64,000 nucleotides of DNA, taken from the NCBI GenBank assembly GCA_038206135.1, contig JBBRBD010000003.1, positions 4,453-68,452 of the forward strand, written 5' to 3'. The notes below the pieces were generated by a model. It ran no database searches. It had not been told where the DNA came from and was given only the letters and a program-made list of their open reading frames with translations. This stretch comes from Patescibacteria group bacterium. Its GTDB lineage: Bacteria; Patescibacteriota; Microgenomatia; UBA8517. Shown here one piece after another: positions 10,368 to 19,352 of this stretch (position 1 is its first letter; the number at the start of each line of letters is the position of its first letter). Both the position numbers and the translations under genes were made by a program.

Positions 10368-13300
10368 ATGAGTGATTACCCAAAATCGTTGAATATAACT
10401 AAACATTTTCTTAAATTAATTAAAAAAGTGCATTTGCGTACATGGATCGGAATATTCCTGATTGCAATACTTTTACCTGTCATAATTCTCTCTCTTTATA
10501 AGTCACAGAGTTCACAAGCCGCATGGTTTGATGATGGATGGACATATCGTATGAAAGTCCCTATTACGGCACATACAGGTGCAGAAACGAATAAATATTT
10601 CTCAGTGACCGTTGACACAAGCGATACCACAAAATTTCAAGCAGATTGTGGAGATATCAGATTCCTAAATAGTAGTGGAGATCTTTTGAACTATTACATT
10701 TCAAGCGGTTGTAGCAGTGCATCAACCATTATTCATGTTTTGGTTCCCTCTTTCCCCGCAGGGGCCTCAAACTACTATATGTATTATGGAAACCCAACAG
10801 TCGCGAATGGATTTTCATCCTCCGATTTCAGCGCAGGTACTGGTATAACAGTGGGAACTGTCGGAAGCGAAGAAAAAGGTACAGGTCCAATTCTTTATTG
10901 GAGTATGGACGAAGGATATGGAACAACAACGTATGATTCAACTTCAAACCGAAATAATGGAACGCTTACTGGAGCATGGGAGTCTGAACAATATTGTGTT
11001 ACGGGAAAGTGTATTTTTCTGAGCAATAGTAGCACCCAAGGATTAGGAACTGCGACTGTGAGTCCTCTCAGTAAACTTACATCAGGATCCGTTTCAATAT
11101 GGGCCAAGTACACCGGTGTAAACAGATATCAAGATATCTTTAATCTGTATAGAGGGGCTGACACGACAGCGACCGGTTTTGAATTAAACTTTGATAACCG
11201 AACAAGTGGTGGGGTAAACATCAAAGGTACAGCATCTAAAGATGGTTCATTGAAATGGGAGTTTACTGTGGCAAGCGCAGACTTTAATGCAATAACTGAA
11301 ACGAATAAATGGCACTTATATACATTAGTTCACGATGGTACAACCCCTTCACTCTATATTGATGGCAAACCTATTAATATTACATTTACAACAACAACAG
11401 ATAAAACAGTTTGGTTCAAGGCATTTCTAACAGATGCCACATCAAAAGCCGATACATTAGCTATTGGACTTGTAGTTGCAAATAACACTCCATTTAATCC
11501 AGCCACCGCATTTTTTGATGATTTTAAAATCTATCCATATGCTCGATCGGCAACTCAGCTTAAGGCTGACTATATCTCAAGAGGTACAAACGAAGGTGTG
11601 TCTGCTCAATTTGGAAATACAGACCAAAAGTATCTTTCCGATGGGCTTGTAGCGTACTGGAAATTTGATGAGTCAAGCAGTACTGCATCTGACTCGTCCG
11701 GAAATGGACTTACACTTACAAATAATGGAACTACTCCCTACACAGACGGGAAGTTTGGAAATGCACCAACATATAATGGTAGTACCCGATATTTTAGTAC
11801 TGCAACAACCATTTCAGGCGTTCAAAGTGTTTCTTTTTGGACATATCCAGGATCCACTACTGATAATTTTATCAATTTAGCAAGCGGGGTGTATGTGAGC
11901 GCATCAGGTGGTACCTTGTCAGCAACTGGTTTCACAAATCCCACTATTTACGTTAATGGTGTCCAGACAACAACGATCGCTGCAAGTGTTTGGCAGTACA
12001 TAACTATCACTACTTCTAGTTCCATTTCTGGAAGTGCAGTAAACATTGGTCGTGCCAATAGCACTGTCGCTGTTAATAATTCTAGAACTGATGATGTTCG
12101 CTTTTATAATCGTATCTTGTCTGCACAAGAAGTTAGTAAGCTTTACAACTGGGCGCCAGGCCCTATCGGATACTGGCAATTTGATGAAAACACTGGAACA
12201 ACATTACATGACGCAAGTGGAAACGGGAATGGAGCGACTATAACAGATACGGCAAACGTCGGAAAATGGACTTCGGGTCAATATGGATCAGCATATGACA
12301 TGGAAGGTAATGAAACCTCCGATGTAATGGCTCTTGATAATACCATAGATCTCGGAACCAGAAACACAATAGCATACTGGGTATATTTTGTTAATAGTAC
12401 TAATTCACCAGTTATTGGTGGCAACTATAGTACAACTGAAGGTTATATGAGCTACCGTGAATCGACTACGTTATATTCTAGACCAGGAACGGGAGTTAGT
12501 GCAGCAAGCGTGTCTTATACAACAGCGATAAATACTTGGTATCACATCGAAGTTGTGAGAGACAACACTAGTATTAAGTTTTACGTTAATGGAATTCAGG
12601 CCGGCTCAACACAAACACTTGATGCAAACCCTAATTTCACTTTATATAGTCTCACAAACTATGTGACTGGAGTGACGAACTATCCCCTCGAGGGAAGACT
12701 GGATGATGTGCGAGTTTACAATTATCCACGATCTTCACAGCAAGTGATTGAGGATATGAATGGTGGTCACCCTGCTGGGGGTTCTCCGCTTGGCTCTCAA
12801 ATAATGTATTGGAAACTCGATGAACAAAATGGAAATACCATTAATAATTCTGGCTTTGGAACTTCTACATATAATGGTACAAATTCCGGAGCTACATGGC
12901 TGCAGAATAACAGCTGTAAGGTAAATGGTTGTTTATATTTTGATACAACAACAGACTCAGTGAGTGCCGGAGATGTGGCATACATAGATGGTTTAACTGG
13001 ATTCACCACCAGCTTTTGGCTTAATCCACAAACGCTGGCCACAAACAAAATGATTGTAAGTAAAGCAAATACAACCACTCAGCGGGTATTTCAAATAAAA
13101 ACTGATGATACAACTGCAGCAAAACTAAAAGTAATGATTTCCTCAAGTGCCGCTGACACTTCCAACTATTGTGTAACGGCATCTTCAGTTTTAAGTGCAT
13201 CAACTTGGCAACACGTTACTGTTGTATATGATGGAACAGCAACAACAGGTAATGATCAACGGGTCAAAGTGTATGTAAACGGGGCACCAACAAGTTGTAC

Positions 13301-14831
13301 GGTAACAGGAACTATTCCAACGTCACTCGTTTCATCGACCACTTCAAATTTTAAGCTTGGGCAAGGTGATGACACAACACCAACGGCATTAATTTCATAT
13401 ATTGATGAACTAAAAATCTATACTTCAGCGCTTACCGCAGATCAAGTTAAAATCGAAGCGCAATATGGAAGCACTATAGACTTTGGCACAGGACAGAATG
13501 AAACTACACAAATTACCGGAACAGCAGAAACTGGTCCAATTCTATATCTTCCGCTTGATGAAAATACGGGAACTACTGCTGCAGACAAAAGTGGAAACGG
13601 TTTGAATGGAACACTTACAAACGGTCCTGTTTGGTCGCTCGGAAAAATTGGAGAGGCTGTTTTCTTTGACGGCTCAAATGATCAAATTCAAGTTTCACAC
13701 AATTCTCTCCTAAATGTAGTGACTGGCTATACTGTTGAAGGATGGGTGAAACCTACTGCTGGTAATGGATCATATCGAGATATTCTGGTAAAAGGGATAG
13801 ATACTGCTGGCGGCGAAACATCTACTTTTTATATGCAGATTACTGACACAAATCAATTTGAAGGAGGTCACAAAGCAAACACCTTTTTCAGATATGCGGA
13901 CTCGACGACAACTGCAAGTTTAAACACTTGGTACCATGTCACCATTACGAATAACAGTAGTAACACGAGTGTCAAAATATATATCAATGGAAAACTGGAG
14001 GCAACAACAGCATATACAACAGACGCACCACTCACTCAAAGCAGTCCTTTATTAATTGGGGTTGGAAATGGTTCCAATTATAGACCATTTACTGGATATA
14101 TTGATGATATTAAGGTCTATAACTACGAACGAACACCTGCACAAGTTGCATATGATTACAATCGTGGTGCACCTATCGGGTGGTGGAAATTTGATGAAGG
14201 CAATGGGACTATTTCAAATGATTCATCTGAAAACAGTTATACTGGCACGCTGACAGGGACTCCTTCATGGGTTGATGGCAAGTTTAACACTGGAATCAGC
14301 TTAAACGGCAGTAGTCAGTACTCAACTGTTACTGATGCTGCAAATATTCGATTTGATAGCGCAACTCAAAATTTTTCTGTGTTTGCATGGGTGAAACGGG
14401 CTGCAACAGGATCTGAAATGGACATTGTGAGCAAGGAAGATGCAGACAATGATGGATATCGACTTGAATTTACAAGTGGAAACATTGTTCGTTGTAGTGC
14501 AAATAGCACAGACGTGGATAGCACTGCTACGATTACAGATACGACTACTTGGCATCTGGTTGGTTGCAGTATGAACAGAAGTGGAACCGGGCAAATATAT
14601 ATTGATGGATATCCTTCTGGAACAGCCACCTCAATTAGTGCAATTACCATGTCCACAACGGCAAATATTTTAATAGGTGCCCGCTCATATACCACCGCGA
14701 ATTACTTTAATGGAACAATTGATGGTGTACGGCTCTATAATTACGCGCTTACATTGTCACAAATCAAAAAACTTTATAATGAAGGTTCAAGCGTTCGTTT
14801 TGGACCAACACAAGGAACTCCAGCGCCATGA
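10368..14831 (+). CDS. Membrane-anchored surface protein with an N-terminal DUF2341-like domain followed by ~7 tandem Laminin_G_3 (ConA-like lectin/glucanase) domains
   Basis: There is an N-terminal TM helix (IGIFLIAILLPVIILSLY). After it comes WTYRMKVPI...CGDIRF...GNPTVANGF, which is DUF2341-like. The LamG_3 hallmark then repeats: GYWQFDE..GTT..D.SGNGN.GT at the start of each unit and [IL]DD[VI][RK][VI]YN[YR]..[ST]..Q[VI] at the end. Confidence 0.75.
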   Translation: MSDYPKSLNITKHFLKLIKKVHLRTWIGIFLIAILLPVIILSLYKSQSSQAAWFDDGWTYRMKVPITAHTGAETNKYFSVTVDTSDTTKFQADCGDIRFLNSSGDLLNYYISSGCSSASTIIHVLVPSFPAGASNYYMYYGNPTVANGFSSSDFSAGTGITVGTVGSEEKGTGPILYWSMDEGYGTTTYDSTSNRNNGTLTGAWESEQYCVTGKCIFLSNSSTQGLGTATVSPLSKLTSGSVSIWAKYTGVNRYQDIFNLYRGADTTATGFELNFDNRTSGGVNIKGTASKDGSLKWEFTVASADFNAITETNKWHLYTLVHDGTTPSLYIDGKPINITFTTTTDKTVWFKAFLTDATSKADTLAIGLVVANNTPFNPATAFFDDFKIYPYARSATQLKADYISRGTNEGVSAQFGNTDQKYLSDGLVAYWKFDESSSTASDSSGNGLTLTNNGTTPYTDGKFGNAPTYNGSTRYFSTATTISGVQSVSFWTYPGSTTDNFINLASGVYVSASGGTLSATGFTNPTIYVNGVQTTTIAASVWQYITITTSSSISGSAVNIGRANSTVAVNNSRTDDVRFYNRILSAQEVSKLYNWAPGPIGYWQFDENTGTTLHDASGNGNGATITDTANVGKWTSGQYGSAYDMEGNETSDVMALDNTIDLGTRNTIAYWVYFVNSTNSPVIGGNYSTTEGYMSYRESTTLYSRPGTGVSAASVSYTTAINTWYHIEVVRDNTSIKFYVNGIQAGSTQTLDANPNFTLYSLTNYVTGVTNYPLEGRLDDVRVYNYPRSSQQVIEDMNGGHPAGGSPLGSQIMYWKLDEQNGNTINNSGFGTSTYNGTNSGATWLQNNSCKVNGCLYFDTTTDSVSAGDVAYIDGLTGFTTSFWLNPQTLATNKMIVSKANTTTQRVFQIKTDDTTAAKLKVMISSSAADTSNYCVTASSVLSASTWQHVTVVYDGTATTGNDQRVKVYVNGAPTSCTVTGTIPTSLVSSTTSNFKLGQGDDTTPTALISYIDELKIYTSALTADQVKIEAQYGSTIDFGTGQNETTQITGTAETGPILYLPLDENTGTTAADKSGNGLNGTLTNGPVWSLGKIGEAVFFDGSNDQIQVSHNSLLNVVTGYTVEGWVKPTAGNGSYRDILVKGIDTAGGETSTFYMQITDTNQFEGGHKANTFFRYADSTTTASLNTWYHVTITNNSSNTSVKIYINGKLEATTAYTTDAPLTQSSPLLIGVGNGSNYRPFTGYIDDIKVYNYERTPAQVAYDYNRGAPIGWWKFDEGNGTISNDSSENSYTGTLTGTPSWVDGKFNTGISLNGSSQYSTVTDAANIRFDSATQNFSVFAWVKRAATGSEMDIVSKEDADNDGYRLEFTSGNIVRCSANSTDVDSTATITDTTTWHLVGCSMNRSGTGQIYIDGYPSGTATSISAITMSTTANILIGARSYTTANYFNGTIDGVRLYNYALTLSQIKKLYNEGSSVRFGPTQGTPAP

Positions 14832-17800
14832 GTAAAAAGTCATTTTTCAAGTCTCACCTTTCAAAAGTTAAACTACGTACATATGTTGCACTGGGATTAT
14901 TATTTATATTACTTCCCGTTATACTTATTTCCCTTTTTAGACCACAAAACTCGACTGCTACATGGATGGATGACTCATGGACATACAGAATAAAAGTTCC
15001 AGTAACTGCACACACAGCAGTTGAAACGAATAAATATTTTACCAAAACTGTAGACACGAGTGACACGACAAAGTTTCAATCAGATTGTGGAGACATACGC
15101 TTCACTGATGCAAATGGAAAAGTTTTGCAATATTACATTGCTTCTGGATGTAGTAGTGCTTCAACTGTTGTTCATGTACTAGTTCCCTCTTTCCCAGCAG
15201 GAGCATCGGACTACTATATGTATTATGGTAATGTAACCGCTGCAAACGGCTTTAGCTTAAGTGACTTTACGGCCGGAAGTGCAGTGACTGTAGGAAGTGT
15301 GGGAGGTGAAGAAAAAGGAACTGGGCCAATTTCCTATTGGAGTATGGATTCAGGAACTGGAACAACTGCCTATGATTCACAAAACGTAAACAATGGCACC
15401 TTTGGCGCAAGTACTGCCGCTCCAACTTGGCAAACAGAAGACATGTGTGTAAGCGGAAAGTGTATATACTTTGATGGCAGTAATGACTATATAGAAAAAA
15501 CTTCTGCAAAAAACCTCCCATTAGGAGCGACTCCTCGAACGGTTGAAGCTTGGGTAAGATACAACGGAAGTATTGCCTATCAATATATTTTGGCTTACGG
15601 GACACAAAGTAACGGGAATTGGTTTGGATTAGCAATCGAGTCAACAGGGAAAATATATATAGATACCTGGTCAAATGACACACCAGGAACAGCAACCACG
15701 ATTAATGACAATAAGTGGCATCATGTTGCAGCAACATACAATGGCAGTACTTCAGTTAGTTTCTATGTCGATGGAAATTTTGTTGAAACGGACAGTATTT
15801 CCGCTCCAGCAAACACAACCGGAACAACATTGCGAATTGGGAGTTCTACTTCAAATGACTATTTTTTGAAAGGTTATATTGACGAACCAAAAATTTACAA
15901 TTATGCAAAAACCGCTGCTCAAATAAAAGCCGCATATAACTCAAAAGGCTCAAATGAAGGTGCGACATCAACCGTTGGTAATGCTAATCAAAAGTTTCTA
16001 TCAGATGGACTCGTTGGATATTGGAAAATGGATGAAAGTAGTTGGACAAACAATTGTTCAGCTACCTCTGTTACTGATAGTTCAGGAAACGGAAACAACG
16101 CAAAAGCATGCCCTGCCTCAACCGGCCCGACAGGTGCCGCAGTTGGGAAATTTGGTAATGCAGGAAGTTTTGATGGTTCTGATGATTATGTTGAGGTTCC
16201 AAACACAACAAACATCCATCCCGGCGACACTTTCACACTCGCAGCCTGGGTAAAACGAAGCTCAACTGGCACATTTGATGCAATCTTTGGAACTGCTACA
16301 AATGATTTCCAACTCGCGTTTGTCAATGACAATATAAAGCTTTCAAAACAATCAAGTAGTGATGTTTTTGTCAGTACGAGTACATACACAGATACAACAA
16401 GTTGGCACCAAATTGTTGCAGTCAAAAATGGTTCTCAATTTGCAAAAGTATATTACGATGGAGTCGAGATTGCAGGAACATTCACAAATCAAACAATATC
16501 AGCGGGTTCATCGTCTGTTTACATCGGTGGGGATTCTGTTTCAAATGATGTTTTTGCAGGTTCCATTGATGAGGCTCGTATATACAATAGGGCACTTTCA
16601 GCCCAGGAAGTTCGTAAACTGTACATTTGGGCTCCAGGGCCAGTGGGTTATTGGAATCTAGATGAAAAAACTGGAACTACTGCCTCAGATACAAGCAGCA
16701 ATAATAATACGGGGACATTAACCAATGGCCCCACGTGGAGTTCTGGAAAGTTTGGCTCAAGCGTTTCATTTGATGGTGTCGATGATGTAGTCGATGCTGG
16801 ATCTGGGTCAACCCTTGATGACATGCCTGCCATGACTCTTGAAGCATGGATTTATACAAGGTCGCTCGGCGGTGGTGGATTAGGTCGTATTATGGAAAAA
16901 CAATCGAGTGTCACTGATAACGGTTTTAGATTCCAATTAAATACAAGTAATGCCATTATTTTTAGTCAAGATTACTCGACAACAGATATTAGTCATGCAA
17001 CTGCAACTAATGTTTTCGCACTTAATACATGGCAACATGTGACGGCTACCTGGGATGGGTCCGCTACTGCACAAAATATTCATATTTATGTTAACGGTGT
17101 TGAGGTTTCTTCTTATATAACAACAACAAACGGTTCGGGATCCCGAGTAACAGATGCTGCGCAAAACCTTCGCATTGGTAATACAAATAATGGATCAAGA
17201 GGCTTTGATGGAATGATTGACGATGCTCGGATTTACAATTATGTTCGTACTCAATCTCAAGTTATTGAAGATATGAATGCAGGTCATCCAACTGCTGGAG
17301 GTTTTGTCGGTTCATACACTTCATATTGGAATATGGATGAGTCGAATGGAACAACAGCACATGACAGTAACAGCACACTTGCAAATGACATCACGCTTTC
17401 AACCTCCTCATGGAATCTTTCAGGAAAAACAAATAGTGCATGGAACGGGGTTGGAACAAATTGGCTCTCTCGCGCTGATGATGATGATTTTGATTTCACC
17501 GCCTCAGATAACTTGTCTATCTCTTTGTGGTTTAAATCTGACTCAGCAAGTAATCCCGGAACGACGGAATATTTACTAGATAAATCCTTGTCAGGTGCTG
17601 TTCAAGCCGCCGGATATGCGATCTACGCAAAAACGAGTGGTTTGGTATGTTTTGGTATTGATGATGACACAACCTGGTCCCCGGGCGATGAGGCATGCAG
17701 TACCAGTGATATATATGATGCAACTTGGCACCACATAGTGGTAACTAAAACCGGTACCAGCGAAATTCGAATATACGTCGATGGTTTAAGTAGTGGATCT

Positions 17801-19321
17801 GACATTTCACTCGCCACAACAGGAACATTGACTAACTCAAAAATTTTATATCTTGGTGATCGCGATGGCGTGGACAACAGTGATGAATTTAATGGAGACA
17901 TTGATGAAGTAAAAATATATCGTTCAGTATTAACTCAGGACCAAGTTTTACTGGATATGAATGCGGGCTCTTCACAAAATTTTGGTGTTACTGCATTAAC
18001 AGAAGCATCACAGTTTTTAGATGGCGCTGGTAACTCACCTGTCGGGTATTGGAATTTGGATGAAAAAACTGGCACATCCGCAAATGATAAAAGTGGAAAT
18101 GAAAACACTGGAACACTTAACAATACCCCTACTTGGGGATCCAGTCAGATGTGTAAAACAGGTTCTTGTCTCTCATTCGTAAGTAGTAGTAGCCAAGATG
18201 TGACGGTCAGTACTACTATTTCAGGAGTAAAAACTGTTTCCTTTTGGGTCTATCCCACCTCCACAACGTCAAGCATCTTACAACTTCAGGCAACAGGCGC
18301 AGTTGCAATTACGGCCAGTAGTGGAACAATTTCATTTACTGGTTTTACCTCACCGACAAAATATATAAATGGTGTGCAATGTACATCTTGTACGCTTACC
18401 GCAAACACTTGGCAATACATTACCGTTACGACGGGTACCTCAATTAGTGCATCACAAATTAAGTTTGGGCATTCGAATAGTACCTATTTTGACGGCAGAA
18501 TTGATGATATAAAATTCTACGACTACGCCAGAACACAGTCCCAAGTGTCATATGATTATAACCGGGGCTTACCAACAGGCTGGTGGCAATTTGATGAATG
18601 CCAAGGCTCAACAGCATATGACAATAGCGGAAATGGAAATAACGCTACTCTGACATATGGTGGCGGAACATACACTCAAACGGGAACATGCAATTCAGGA
18701 ACTTCGTCAGATGCGTGGTTCGGAGGGGTGAGCGGAAAATTCAATAGTTCACTTGCCATGGACACAACAACTGATACGATTAGTGTCGGAGATATTAGCA
18801 TGTATGCATTTGACCGCAGCAACGCCTTTTCTCTTTCTGCTTGGGAAAAAACCACAACAAATGGTGCTGCGACACTTATTTCTAAACAAGACAGTAGCGC
18901 TCCTTTCACTGGTTGGAATATGCAAACTGGTTCAAATGGATTTGTCTATCTTCAATTGGTAAACACCTATAGCACCAATGCACTCGAAGTTCACAGCACA
19001 AACGACGTGAATTATTACGATGGAAATTGGCATCTAATTACCATGACATATGACGGCTCAAGTACTGATGCAGGTGTAAAAATTTACATGGATGGAAATG
19101 CAGTGCCAACGACCGCTTCATTCACCAGTACTCTTGCCTCAGCTATTACAAATTCTATATCTGTGTATATAGGGTCTAGAAATGCAGTTGGACAGAAATT
19201 TGGTGGACAGCTGGACGACGTCCGAATCTACAACTATGTTTTGTCTGCCACACAAGCTAAACAGATATATTCCGGTAATGGCGGTGCTGTGTTCTATGGT
19301 CCACCTACGGGCCAGCCTTGA
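14828..19321 (+). CDS. Paralog of the upstream gene: TM anchor + DUF2341-like domain + ~7 Laminin_G_3 domains
   Basis: The N-terminus is nearly superimposable on 10368..14831 (WTYRIKVPVTAHTAVETNKYFTKTVDTSDTTKFQSDCGDIRFTD...). LamG_3 end motifs repeat (IDEARIYNRALSAQEV, IDDARIYNYVRTQSQV, LDDVRIYNYVLSATQA). The start ATG overlaps the upstream stop (ATGA), indicating translational coupling. Confidence 0.75.
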   Translation: MSKKSFFKSHLSKVKLRTYVALGLLFILLPVILISLFRPQNSTATWMDDSWTYRIKVPVTAHTAVETNKYFTKTVDTSDTTKFQSDCGDIRFTDANGKVLQYYIASGCSSASTVVHVLVPSFPAGASDYYMYYGNVTAANGFSLSDFTAGSAVTVGSVGGEEKGTGPISYWSMDSGTGTTAYDSQNVNNGTFGASTAAPTWQTEDMCVSGKCIYFDGSNDYIEKTSAKNLPLGATPRTVEAWVRYNGSIAYQYILAYGTQSNGNWFGLAIESTGKIYIDTWSNDTPGTATTINDNKWHHVAATYNGSTSVSFYVDGNFVETDSISAPANTTGTTLRIGSSTSNDYFLKGYIDEPKIYNYAKTAAQIKAAYNSKGSNEGATSTVGNANQKFLSDGLVGYWKMDESSWTNNCSATSVTDSSGNGNNAKACPASTGPTGAAVGKFGNAGSFDGSDDYVEVPNTTNIHPGDTFTLAAWVKRSSTGTFDAIFGTATNDFQLAFVNDNIKLSKQSSSDVFVSTSTYTDTTSWHQIVAVKNGSQFAKVYYDGVEIAGTFTNQTISAGSSSVYIGGDSVSNDVFAGSIDEARIYNRALSAQEVRKLYIWAPGPVGYWNLDEKTGTTASDTSSNNNTGTLTNGPTWSSGKFGSSVSFDGVDDVVDAGSGSTLDDMPAMTLEAWIYTRSLGGGGLGRIMEKQSSVTDNGFRFQLNTSNAIIFSQDYSTTDISHATATNVFALNTWQHVTATWDGSATAQNIHIYVNGVEVSSYITTTNGSGSRVTDAAQNLRIGNTNNGSRGFDGMIDDARIYNYVRTQSQVIEDMNAGHPTAGGFVGSYTSYWNMDESNGTTAHDSNSTLANDITLSTSSWNLSGKTNSAWNGVGTNWLSRADDDDFDFTASDNLSISLWFKSDSASNPGTTEYLLDKSLSGAVQAAGYAIYAKTSGLVCFGIDDDTTWSPGDEACSTSDIYDATWHHIVVTKTGTSEIRIYVDGLSSGSDISLATTGTLTNSKILYLGDRDGVDNSDEFNGDIDEVKIYRSVLTQDQVLLDMNAGSSQNFGVTALTEASQFLDGAGNSPVGYWNLDEKTGTSANDKSGNENTGTLNNTPTWGSSQMCKTGSCLSFVSSSSQDVTVSTTISGVKTVSFWVYPTSTTSSILQLQATGAVAITASSGTISFTGFTSPTKYINGVQCTSCTLTANTWQYITVTTGTSISASQIKFGHSNSTYFDGRIDDIKFYDYARTQSQVSYDYNRGLPTGWWQFDECQGSTAYDNSGNGNNATLTYGGGTYTQTGTCNSGTSSDAWFGGVSGKFNSSLAMDTTTDTISVGDISMYAFDRSNAFSLSAWEKTTTNGAATLISKQDSSAPFTGWNMQTGSNGFVYLQLVNTYSTNALEVHSTNDVNYYDGNWHLITMTYDGSSTDAGVKIYMDGNAVPTTASFTSTLASAITNSISVYIGSRNAVGQKFGGQLDDVRIYNYVLSATQAKQIYSGNGGAVFYGPPTGQP

Positions 19322-19352
19322 TCCACATCTAACACTAGAATAATATGTAATT

